A DNA stretch of 64,000 nucleotides from Patescibacteria group bacterium (GTDB lineage: Bacteria > Patescibacteriota > Minisyncoccia > Phycocordibacterales > SBAW01), in assembly GCA_019752125.1 (NCBI GenBank), contig JAIEMM010000002.1, positions 3,062 through 67,061 of the forward strand, given 5' to 3'. The notes under the pieces are model-generated. The model was not told the origin of the DNA. It made no database searches and saw nothing but the letters and a program-made list of their open reading frames with translations. The translations under genes were made by a program, and so were the position numbers. Below, piece after piece: positions 47,535 to 56,147 of the stretch. Numbering within the stretch: position 1 is the first letter of the stretch; each line of letters starts with the position of its first letter.

Positions 47535-48050
47535 TTACCCCCGATACTGCTTTGCTTTGAGCTGTGTACATCCCTGGTCGCACAGAACCAGGTCGAGAAT
47601 ACATTCTCGTGCGCCAAGTTTGATACACCAGTTGTTGCAGACTTCAGGACGGAAGATTGCATAGAAGCGCGCTTCCCCGCCTGTGTGGCGCTGTGCGGTG
47701 TACATCGTCATCCTTCGAGATGCATTGCCCCAGGCCGCAAGGTCGGATGGGTCCACGATAACGTTTGGTACCTGTTGAGTGGCGCCGAACATCATACGTG
47801 TCACCTGCCAGTTCTCGAAAACAAGAGACTGGGTCCCTTGATTTTGCTGGACCTTGCGGCGCAGCTCATCGGTGACATCCGGGTCTCGTGCAAAGAGATC
47901 CCCGAAGGCACGTAGTGCATCATCGAGCGTTCCTCTGTACGGATCGCCGCCAGGCTTACGCCAGTGGAAGAACCTATCGTCGGCCAGCACAGGGTTGAGC
48001 CCAAGCGTTGCAGCCGCCACACCCGCAAGGAGAAAATTACGTCGCCTCAT
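47535..48050 (-). CDS. Orphan secreted protein with twin-arginine-like signal
   Basis: MRRRNFLLAG...VLA; Cys-rich C-terminus. Confidence 0.7.
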   Translation of the reverse strand: MRRRNFLLAGVAAATLGLNPVLADDRFFHWRKPGGDPYRGTLDDALRAFGDLFARDPDVTDELRRKVQQNQGTQSLVFENWQVTRMMFGATQQVPNVIVDPSDLAAWGNASRRMTMYTAQRHTGGEARFYAIFRPEVCNNWCIKLGARECILDLVLCDQGCTQLKAKQYRG

Positions 48051-48052
48051 GG

Positions 48053-48763
48053 CTAGTTACTCCCATGAACAAAGTAGAAGAGCGAAGCTTTTTCTCCGTT
48101 TAGGATGCGCTGCTCAACGCGGCTAACGCCAGGGGTGTCGCTTGGCCTCGCAATCTGCGTGCTGGGTTTTCCAGCAAACCGTCCACGAATGATGGGCGCG
48201 TTGTACTTTGTTGGAATGTTCAACGCCACAGCAGGTGTAAACGAAAGATGTTTCCCTTCGCCGTCGACCAATTGCGTAAGTGGTGCACGAGGCAACACAA
48301 GCGCTACCTGACCATTCACCACCGGCCCACCTTGAGCCTTTCCATGAACCGAAGCGACCACCTTTGACCAACCAGGCACATCAGGCTGAACCGGAAACAT
48401 GCCGAGGCAGTATCCATTACCGATCAAGACTGGTAGATGCGAAGGTAAGCGTTTAGGGTTGACGTTCAGATGAAATGTCACTTCCATCGAACCGAAGTAC
48501 CGACCGACAGTTTTATAGAGCGTTTGCCCCGCCTCATTACCTTGCGCGGTGATGGCGCTATACGCACGCGCTCCATCGCCGACAACAAGAACATCGATGT
48601 GGAAATTTCTTGCCGCATCGTAATGAACGTCCTGGCCGGGTGTGCACACAGGAACTGGCGAGGATCCTTGGTCGGCAACAAACGAACTCCCTGCACCCGT
48701 GCCTGTAGAGACACACGCACCAAGCAAGAGCACTACGCACAATGACATCATGAGATTTCTCAT
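48053..48763 (-). CDS. Orphan putative lipoprotein
   Basis: Lipobox-like LLGAC; AAAGGA SD. Confidence 0.7.
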   Translation of the reverse strand: MRNLMMSLCVVLLLGACVSTGTGAGSSFVADQGSSPVPVCTPGQDVHYDAARNFHIDVLVVGDGARAYSAITAQGNEAGQTLYKTVGRYFGSMEVTFHLNVNPKRLPSHLPVLIGNGYCLGMFPVQPDVPGWSKVVASVHGKAQGGPVVNGQVALVLPRAPLTQLVDGEGKHLSFTPAVALNIPTKYNAPIIRGRFAGKPSTQIARPSDTPGVSRVEQRILNGEKASLFYFVHGSN

Positions 48764-48890
48764 GGTTTTTCCTTTCGTATGAAGATCTGACTGAAGACAT
48801 CATGACCTTTTATGTGTGAAGGACTGATGAGCGTATAGTGCAGGTAAGAAAAAGACCGTACCTCGCCGGGTGGCGAAATACGGTCTGTAG

Positions 48891-49367
48891 TTATTGGCGT
48901 TGCACTTTAGGCAACGAAGCTGGTCTATTCGGCAGATTGCCTGGCGAAGGGACCATGTCGATGACGTGGCTGCTGTTGGCGTAGGCGGCCATACGGTCGC
49001 GTGACATGACCCGCCCGGCATCATCGGTACACCATTCAAAGATGTGCCCTTTATTGAGCCAGTGTCCGCTGATGCAGAAGCGATCGTACGCCTCCTTCGT
49101 CTCGCTGTGTTGCAGATTAGCGGCATTGACCTGAACACCGTTCGCGTCGTAGATATTGAGTGTCACGACACCTGCCCTAGTCTGGTGGATGTTGTACCAC
49201 CGTGGATCAGGACAGTTGGTCGGCGTTCCCGGTTGCTGAAGATGCTTCAGACACGCCGGGTTTGTGGGGTTTGCCCCGCAATCTGCCTGCTGCGCACTGC
49301 TCACAGAAAAACTCAAGGCAAGCAGAAAGGCGGCAAGCGTTAGCACGAGAAACTTCTTACACATCAC
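48891..49367 (-). CDS. Orphan secreted Cys-containing protein
   Basis: Sec-type signal ending SSA; AAGGAG SD. Confidence 0.7.
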   Translation of the reverse strand: MMCKKFLVLTLAAFLLALSFSVSSAQQADCGANPTNPACLKHLQQPGTPTNCPDPRWYNIHQTRAGVVTLNIYDANGVQVNAANLQHSETKEAYDRFCISGHWLNKGHIFEWCTDDAGRVMSRDRMAAYANSSHVIDMVPSPGNLPNRPASLPKVQRQ

Positions 49368-49444
49368 AAGGTACTCCTTTTGGCTGCATCTTCCTTCACT
49401 CCACTACACGTGGATTGCGAAGACATAGCCGACCATCTCAAATA

Positions 49445-50083
49445 TTAATTAGAGACGATCGAATATGCCCCTACAAAATCTGCGGTGACAATGAACCGAT
49501 TACTTTTAGTTGAGAACGAATCGCACGTAACAAGCGTCAGGTGTTTTCCTTGAGGAGTTAGCTCAATAGAATCTTGGTTTGCATCCGCAACCTTTACTCC
49601 GACGACGCTGTATTGGTAATCAATATCCGATGAATACACGTGGATTATTTGTCCGGTCTTCAGTTTCTGAATATCATCGAATGCTTTATATGCTTGGTTA
49701 TGAACTACAGGTAGATAACTGCTGTGTCCAAACAAAAGCACTGTCCCATCAACACCAAGCTGTGCAGATGTTGGATAGCGGACCGAGCCTTTCAACAAGG
49801 CTTGGTCGAGCACCTCAACATCAGTCGAGACTGGATTGGCTATGGTTGCATCAAGACCAACATCTTTTGCAACCACACGCACAGGCATCTGAGGCGCCGA
49901 TACAGTCGCAGGATTTTCCTGAGTATCTGTTATTGGCCCATCTATAACCTGCGGATGTATAGGGTCAGGAGTTACACCAACACTGCGCAGAAAGACAAAC
50001 GTCAGAATGAATATAGCGATGAACGCAAGCGCAAATGCGCCTCGACGTTCACCAACTTCTCTAATTGCTCCTTTATGTGTCAT
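49445..50083 (-). CDS. Sortase
   Basis: N-terminal TM; LFGHS (His), LTLVTC (Cys), NRFIV (Arg). Confidence 0.92.
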   Translation of the reverse strand: MTHKGAIREVGERRGAFALAFIAIFILTFVFLRSVGVTPDPIHPQVIDGPITDTQENPATVSAPQMPVRVVAKDVGLDATIANPVSTDVEVLDQALLKGSVRYPTSAQLGVDGTVLLFGHSSYLPVVHNQAYKAFDDIQKLKTGQIIHVYSSDIDYQYSVVGVKVADANQDSIELTPQGKHLTLVTCDSFSTKSNRFIVTADFVGAYSIVSN

Positions 50084-50103
50084 AGCGTTTGTCGCCCAGA
50101 GTT

Positions 50104-51204
50104 TTATGCGCGTGCGCGGTTCTGGATCTGCGACATGATGAACGAGTCGATTGCGTCATGTCCGCGCTGAGCGTCAGAAACTTTCGCGGATGCCGGAGCA
50201 TATGTGAGAGCCTGCGCAACATCATCCGATCGGTTCTGTCGAACCGCGGCCTGATGTTGCTGCGGCATATGCGAAGCGTGCGACACTTCAAAGTTTTTCG
50301 CAGGTTCGGTAACTTTTTCACCGAAAAGGAAAGCCATGAATTTATTTTGCACACGCTTTACTACGATGAGGTACGCCGCAAAGAGGCACCAGAGTATAAG
50401 GAAGCCCCAGTATGCAAGTGTGCCCCAAAAACCAAGCTCAAGACCAGTATACGGGATTGATGAAAGGCTGATGTATGGGTTAGTCACACCCGAAGAAGTG
50501 ATGATGACTGGTGGTGTATATGGCTGTGAGTACGAATAACTTGGGTACGAGTAGCTTGGATATGAGTAGCTTGGATATGAGTACGACGGACTCGTATATG
50601 TAACTGTCGGAGAAGGATTTGTGATAATTGTGTTTGCAGTATTGCAGTTATTCGTGCCGACACAGTTGCTGTACGTGTATGTGTAGTTGCTGTTTGTATT
50701 TACATTGTTATAACCACCTCCGCCGTACGATGGGTATGAGTATCCGCCACCGTAGTACCCTCCGTATCCACCGCCTACTGAATAACTTGAACCGTAGAGG
50801 TAACTGTCAGAAGTGTAGGCGTAGCCTGTGTCTGGAGTATATGTATACCCATAGTCCGGAGTGTATGAGTAGCCAGAATCTACAGCATAGCTGTAACCAG
50901 CATCTGGTGTGTAGCTGAAAGAAGAGTCTGGAGTATAGCTGAAAGAAGAGTCTGGAGTATAGCTGTAGGAAGCGTCTGGAGTGTATGAGTAGCCCGAGTA
51001 GTCACAACAACCACCGTTATAACCGTAATCAAAGCTACCACTGTATCCACCACCATAGTCTGGAGTGTATGAGTAGTCACCTCCGTAGTCCTGAGCGTGA
51101 GCTGTGTGCACAAGGCCGAAAGAGAACGTCATTGCAAGTGCAAGTACGACGAAAGAGCCGAGCAAAGCAATGCTGAATGAATTGTCTTTATATGTTGCGT
51201 TCAT
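50104..51204 (-). CDS. Tyr/Ser-repeat secreted protein with IPYTG sorting signal
   Basis: Signal ending AHAQD; (Y/F)SYTPDxx repeats; SIPYTG then TM then VKR; ~80-aa tail. Confidence 0.85.
   Translation of the reverse strand: MNATYKDNSFSIALLGSFVVLALAMTFSFGLVHTAHAQDYGGDYSYTPDYGGGYSGSFDYGYNGGCCDYSGYSYTPDASYSYTPDSSFSYTPDSSFSYTPDAGYSYAVDSGYSYTPDYGYTYTPDTGYAYTSDSYLYGSSYSVGGGYGGYYGGGYSYPSYGGGGYNNVNTNSNYTYTYSNCVGTNNCNTANTIITNPSPTVTYTSPSYSYPSYSYPSYSYPSYSYSQPYTPPVIITSSGVTNPYISLSSIPYTGLELGFWGTLAYWGFLILWCLFAAYLIVVKRVQNKFMAFLFGEKVTEPAKNFEVSHASHMPQQHQAAVRQNRSDDVAQALTYAPASAKVSDAQRGHDAIDSFIMSQIQNRARA
50805..50995 (-). repeat. Coding tandem repeat, 24-nt unit, about 8 degenerate copies
   Basis: TCTGGAGTATAGCTGAAAGAAGAG-like units encoding (Y/F)SYTPDxx. 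Confidence 0.85.
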
Positions 51205-51316
51205 AATTCTTTCTTTTATTACTAATCGACCTTGTGCAGGTCATTTTATCCACAAACACCGGAGTGTTTATGGACAAGTGATGCGCACAAGTTACTAAAG
51301 AACGTTCTCTTTGTCT

Positions 51317-51348
51317 AAGGAGCAGGTGCCAAATCACACCTGCTCCTT
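51317..51348. terminator. 12-bp hairpin downstream of 51364..52140
   Basis: AAGGAGCAGGTG/CACCTGCTCCTT; no clear T-run. Confidence 0.5.
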
Positions 51349-51363
51349 GGAGTCGTCCGGCTG

Positions 51364-52140
51364 TTACCGGTCGACCTTAATCTCGGCCACGGTGGGTGCC
51401 TTGCCGAGCAAGTAGCCCGAGCTGTCGGCGATCGCGACGTTCTTGCCATCGCGATCGCGGACGATGTAGAGCTTTTGGCCGCTCTGGCAGTCCTTGAGCT
51501 CGGAGCCGATGGTGGCGAAGTTGAATTCCTTCAACCCGTTCATCTTCTGCTTGCTCTTCACGCCGACGCGGTGCTTGCCCTCGACCCCTGCCTTCTGGCA
51601 GTCGACGAGGGCGCCCTTGACCAGGAGTTCCGGACTCACATCGACTCCGGAGAACCTGGCGATGGCCGCCTCGACCTCGCCGATCGGAGCGTTCAGGACA
51701 TTGCTCTCGCTTCCCTCCTTGAAGGCGCCGGCCAGGGCCTCGATGCTCACGCCAGGCGTGAAAACACGAAACGGCTGGGCCGGAACCTGCACAGCAGGCG
51801 CCTGAGCGGCGACCTGCGGAGCCGGCACTGTCGGCCGCTGAGCAGCCTTGTCCAGTTCGTACTGCCGACGGAGCTCGTCCAGGTCGCCCTGGTTGAGCAC
51901 GACGGCCCCCGGCGCTGTTCCTGCAACCGGTACGAGGTTGGACACAGACGGAGCCGAGACCGTGGAGGTGGGCGCATCGTTGCGCTTGCACCATCCGGTA
52001 CCTGGAGTCGCCGGCTTTCCATCCGGCGTGCACCGATAGTGCTGCGGCGACGGAGCCGATCCGTAGAACTGAGCCTGTGCCGAAGTGGCGGCGAACAGGA
52101 ACGCAGTGGCCAAGACGGCCGAAACGATACGATTCAACAT
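51364..52140 (-). CDS. Orphan secreted protein (GC-rich gene)
   Basis: Signal ending AQA; AAGGAGG SD; consensus promoter upstream. Confidence 0.75.
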   Translation of the reverse strand: MLNRIVSAVLATAFLFAATSAQAQFYGSAPSPQHYRCTPDGKPATPGTGWCKRNDAPTSTVSAPSVSNLVPVAGTAPGAVVLNQGDLDELRRQYELDKAAQRPTVPAPQVAAQAPAVQVPAQPFRVFTPGVSIEALAGAFKEGSESNVLNAPIGEVEAAIARFSGVDVSPELLVKGALVDCQKAGVEGKHRVGVKSKQKMNGLKEFNFATIGSELKDCQSGQKLYIVRDRDGKNVAIADSSGYLLGKAPTVAEIKVDR

Positions 52141-52250
52141 GATAATAGGCCCTCCTTAGGCCAGATGAAGCTCGAGATTGAGCTGTTTCAAAGATTTCGC
52201 TTCACCCAAAGCTTCATAGAATATCCAGAGAGCTTTGGTACGATGTAGCT

Positions 52251-52279
52251 ATTATAAATCTCATTACAACCTTTGTCAA
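52251..52279 (-). promoter_or_regulatory. Consensus sigma70 promoter
   Basis: TTGACA-N17-TATAAT. Confidence 0.78.
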
Positions 52280-52347
52280 GTCCAGCCAGTAACACAACAA
52301 AAAGCCTTACTTGACAAGTATTTTTAACTATGGTAGTTTCCCAGCAT

Positions 52348-53481
52348 ATGACAGACACACATGCAGCAGATCAGCACACTGGGCATGAAGGCACAGTTTC
52401 ATTTAAAGACCGTGTACTCCGTGCGGTCGCTATTCTAGGCCTTATTGCCCTACTCCTCTTGGGTGCCTGGGGTATTATCCAAATCGCATTTACGTTGTAT
52501 GGGTTCCTTGGCAACACTGCTCCCACATCTCCAGCAACCGTCACTACAAAAACTGAGCAGATGGTTGTAACAGTTCCTGGAAACACCCAGTCTGGTACAC
52601 CATTCACTCTTTCATTCACTCACCTGTCTGCGCAGGCAGGCCAAAACGCATCAGGAAACTACGCGTATCAATTCTCATACTCGTGTGCAGATGGACTAAG
52701 CGTACAGGCGCCTCTTCCAACCGGTGGCACTCAGACAGTTGCATGCAACACTCCGTTTAACTACACAGGTGCATCCTCACAGGTTCAGCTCATCGCAACA
52801 CTAAGTGGATCCGCACCAGTAACCACCACCTTCACAGTTGCTGCAAAAAACTTGGCAACAGGTGCAATTACCGCAAATGCGAATGCAAATACTACAGTGA
52901 AGCCTATGCAGAAAGCGGCGACCCCTGCTGTGTCAAAACCCTCAACATCAAAACCAGGCACAACATACGTTCCTGCAAAAACTACAGCACGGACTTTGTA
53001 TGGCTCACCTGACCTTGCAGTAACGATGGGCAGCATCACAAACTCAGGAGGTCTCTACTCGGCACAGTTCACAGTCCAGAACGTCGGCACCAATGTCGCA
53101 CCATACGGATGGACGTTTAACGCGGCGCTTCCAACATCGCCTGTATATACATACCCATCAAACCCACAGCAAGCACTTAACCCTGGCGACAAGATCGTCT
53201 ACACATTGAGCTTCACCAAAGGACAGGCCGTGTACTCATACGGCGCGTCGTACGGATACGGAAATACTTCATACCAATATCCTTCTAACTGCGGCTACAC
53301 CGCCAACTACACATACAACGGCGTGTACAACTACCCTGGTGCTTCGTACACATGCAATATGAATAACTACTACAACGGTTACAACTACGGCACGAGCTAC
53401 GTAACTGTTACAGTTGATCCAAACAACTACGTATACGAAAGCTCAGAAGCCAACAACAGCGCGACTGCGACTGTGTACTAA
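52348..53481 (+). CDS. Membrane-anchored Ig/CARDB-like surface protein
   Basis: N-terminal TM; PDLAV, FTVQNVGT, LNPG, VDPNN.VYESSEANN; Tyr/Asn/Gly insert. Confidence 0.75.
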   Translation: MTDTHAADQHTGHEGTVSFKDRVLRAVAILGLIALLLLGAWGIIQIAFTLYGFLGNTAPTSPATVTTKTEQMVVTVPGNTQSGTPFTLSFTHLSAQAGQNASGNYAYQFSYSCADGLSVQAPLPTGGTQTVACNTPFNYTGASSQVQLIATLSGSAPVTTTFTVAAKNLATGAITANANANTTVKPMQKAATPAVSKPSTSKPGTTYVPAKTTARTLYGSPDLAVTMGSITNSGGLYSAQFTVQNVGTNVAPYGWTFNAALPTSPVYTYPSNPQQALNPGDKIVYTLSFTKGQAVYSYGASYGYGNTSYQYPSNCGYTANYTYNGVYNYPGASYTCNMNNYYNGYNYGTSYVTVTVDPNNYVYESSEANNSATATVY

Positions 53482-55601
53482 ATATCGAGGTTTGCGTTGC
53501 GTGCGTTCGACTGGATGAATGACTTGCGCGACGGCACGTCCTCGCCCATCAAGATATCGAAAATGCGGTCTGCGTCTGCCGCGTCATCAACATTCACTTG
53601 CTTCAAGACGCGGTTTGCAGGGTTCATTGTTGTCTCCCAAAGTTCCTCTGGGTTCATTTCTCCAAGACCTTTGTAGCGTTGGATGCGGATCTTGTTCGAG
53701 CGTTTGCTGTTTGTCTCCGCAGGACTCTCTGCGTCGGTCTTCGGCTCCGCAGCCGAGTCCTGCTCCGACACTTCACCGGTGGTTACTTCATCATCACCTT
53801 CTGTCTCCACCTCCTCATTTCCTATGAGTTTATTTTTCTCTTCGTCAGAATAGACATAGTTCACCTGCTTTCCCTTCTGAATCTTGTATAGAGGCGGTTG
53901 TGCGATATATACAAAACCACCATCAACAATTGGGCGGAAATGGCGGAAGAGCAACGTCAAAAGAAGCGTGCGGATGTGTGCGCCGTCCACGTCGGCATCG
54001 GTTGCGATAATGATCTTGTGGTAGCGAAGTTTGCTGATATCGAAAGTTTCGCCAATAGCTGTACCAAGAGCCACAACCAAGTTTTTGATCTGTTCTGAGC
54101 CAAGCATCTTGTCGAGGCGTGCACGTTCAACGTTCAAGATTTTTCCGCGAAGCGGGAGAATAGCCTGCGTGCGGCGGTCGCGACCCATCTTTGCCGAGCC
54201 ACCTGCCGAGTCTCCTTCCACCACGAAGAGTTCTGATTCTGAAGCATCTTTGCTTTGGCAGTCTGCGAGCTTACCTGGCAGCGTCATGCCTTCAAGTGCA
54301 CCCTTGCGGAGCACTGAATCTTTTGCAGCCTTAGCAGCTTTGCGGGCCTTAAGAGCAAGAATAGATTTCTGCAAGATAGCGCGCGCATCGTCTGGATTTT
54401 CTTCCAAGAATTCGCTAAATGCATCTGCAAAGATATTTGCAACTGCACTCTGCGCTTCAACGCTGCCGAGCTTGCCCTTTGTCTGGCCTTCGAACTGAAT
54501 TTCGCGGAGCTTTACAGAAACCACTGCAGTAAGACCTTCAAGCACGTCATCACCTGTGAGGTTTTCCTCGCTTTCTTTCAATACATTATTTTTGCGGCCG
54601 TAGGCGTTGAGCGTACGTGTAAGCGCAGTCTTAAAGCCCGTGATATGTGTACCGCCTTCTGAGTTGTAGATGTTGTTCGCAAACGGGAATACGCGCGACG
54701 ACATGTCGTCTGCATACTGGAGGGCAATTTCAACAGCCACACTGTCTTCTTCTTTGCCACCTGCTGGAGTGTATTCCTTTTCAATATAGAAAATATTTTT
54801 GTGAACTGGCTTTTGGTAGCGGTTGTAGAACGAGATAAGCGAGCGCAACCCACCTTCAAAGTAAAAGGTTTGTGATGGGCAGTCGCCGAGCTCGTCTCGG
54901 ATAAACAATGCTTCACCTGGTTTTGGCAATTTTGCTTCGCTCTTTCGTGCATCAATGATGGTGATGCGGAGGCCCTTAACCAAGTACGCCTGTTCACGGA
55001 GGTGAGAGACGATTTTGTCGAAGTTGTATTCGATCCCAGCTGTAAAGATTGAAGGGTCTGCCTGGTATGCAGTAACTGTGCCGTGCAATTTTGATGAGCC
55101 GAGTCTTTTTACTGGAGCCTTTCTCTTGCCGAGCGCATACTCCTGCATGTGTACGCCGCCATCGCGGTGAACTTCTGCACGGAGGTAGGTTGAGAGTGCG
55201 TTAACTACCGATGCGCCCACGCCGTGGAGACCGCCAGATACTTTGTAGCCTTCGCCGCCGAATTTACCGCCGGCGTGAAGAGTCGACATGATAGTTTCAA
55301 GAGCTGAAACTTTTGTTGTCTTGTGAACGTCAACAGGAATACCGCGACCGTTATCGGCAACGCGGATAAACGGAGCTTCATCTTTTCCGCCCGGCAAGAT
55401 AACGACCTCAATGTCGTTAGCAAAACCACCCATGGCTTCGTCGCGTGAGTTGTCGAAGATTTCCCAGATAAGGTGGTGGAGACCATCGGGACCAGTGGTA
55501 CCGATGTACATGCCGGGACGGCGGCGTACTGCTTCCAACCCTTCAAGAACTGTAATCGACGATGCGTCGTAATTTGTTTTTTTAGTTTTATCAGCAGCCA
55601 T
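53478..55601 (-). CDS. gyrB: DNA gyrase subunit B
   Basis: [50 protein letters not shown]. Confidence 0.95.
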   Translation of the reverse strand: MAADKTKKTNYDASSITVLEGLEAVRRRPGMYIGTTGPDGLHHLIWEIFDNSRDEAMGGFANDIEVVILPGGKDEAPFIRVADNGRGIPVDVHKTTKVSALETIMSTLHAGGKFGGEGYKVSGGLHGVGASVVNALSTYLRAEVHRDGGVHMQEYALGKRKAPVKRLGSSKLHGTVTAYQADPSIFTAGIEYNFDKIVSHLREQAYLVKGLRITIIDARKSEAKLPKPGEALFIRDELGDCPSQTFYFEGGLRSLISFYNRYQKPVHKNIFYIEKEYTPAGGKEEDSVAVEIALQYADDMSSRVFPFANNIYNSEGGTHITGFKTALTRTLNAYGRKNNVLKESEENLTGDDVLEGLTAVVSVKLREIQFEGQTKGKLGSVEAQSAVANIFADAFSEFLEENPDDARAILQKSILALKARKAAKAAKDSVLRKGALEGMTLPGKLADCQSKDASESELFVVEGDSAGGSAKMGRDRRTQAILPLRGKILNVERARLDKMLGSEQIKNLVVALGTAIGETFDISKLRYHKIIIATDADVDGAHIRTLLLTLLFRHFRPIVDGGFVYIAQPPLYKIQKGKQVNYVYSDEEKNKLIGNEEVETEGDDEVTTGEVSEQDSAAEPKTDAESPAETNSKRSNKIRIQRYKGLGEMNPEELWETTMNPANRVLKQVNVDDAADADRIFDILMGEDVPSRKSFIQSNARNANLDI
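53719..53763. repeat. Intragenic hairpin in gyrB
   Basis: GCAGGACTC/GAGTCCTGC outer stem, CTGCG/CGCAG inner stem, C-TTCG-G loop; 45 nt. Confidence 0.7.
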
Positions 55602-55792
55602 ATAAAAACAAAATCCCCGATTGGGCTATGCCTTTAGTATAGCAGAAAAGTGCTTGTGTTGAAAGGTAAAATGTTAAAAATCATCCTTAAAATACTTGAC
55701 AAAATTACTGTTTGTACTATTATCTCTTCCAGTTGTTTTGGTGCACCCGCACCGACCGTATTCCAGCGGATATTCTGGATAGGAGTCAGACA

Positions 55793-56092
55793 ATGCCTGT
55801 ACCGATACCTTTCCTGGGCGAGAAAAGCTTGCGAGCAAAGCGCGAGGAAATGGCCTTCAAGTGGCTCGCCATCGGCCTGTCGCTGCTCGTCGCAATCATC
55901 TTCCACTTCATGGTGGCCCAGCACTCGCCCCTGGACGACGTCCTGATCTACTTCTTCATGATGACGCTCTGCTACTTCGGCCGCGTTCTCCTGGAGGAGC
56001 ATCTGAAGCGTCGCGGGCACTTCTGCGCCGACGTCGCCATCCTCCTGAACCGGAGGCTGAACCTGTGGTTTAGCTGGCATCTGCCAGCGTGA
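55793..56092 (+). CDS. Orphan small membrane protein
   Basis: TTGACA promoter at 55696, AGGAG SD, two TM segments, terminator-like hairpin near 56110-56147. Confidence 0.55.
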   Translation: MPVPIPFLGEKSLRAKREEMAFKWLAIGLSLLVAIIFHFMVAQHSPLDDVLIYFFMMTLCYFGRVLLEEHLKRRGHFCADVAILLNRRLNLWFSWHLPA

Positions 56093-56147
56093 ACCGCCGT
56101 CCCCACTCGCCCCCGCAACCGAAAGGAAGCGGGGGTAAACTTTTTAT

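Noticed and set aside
50805-50995. 24-nt periodic repeats as a CRISPR array
   Set aside because: No unique spacers; degenerate at codon level and in frame within a protein; no cas genes
51377-52248. Alternative long ORFs overlapping 51364..52140
   Set aside because: Expected in GC-rich DNA; no RBS or recognisable motifs
54755-54772. TPAGG in GyrB as a family A copy
   Set aside because: DNA is not palindromic and differs from the consensus at several positions
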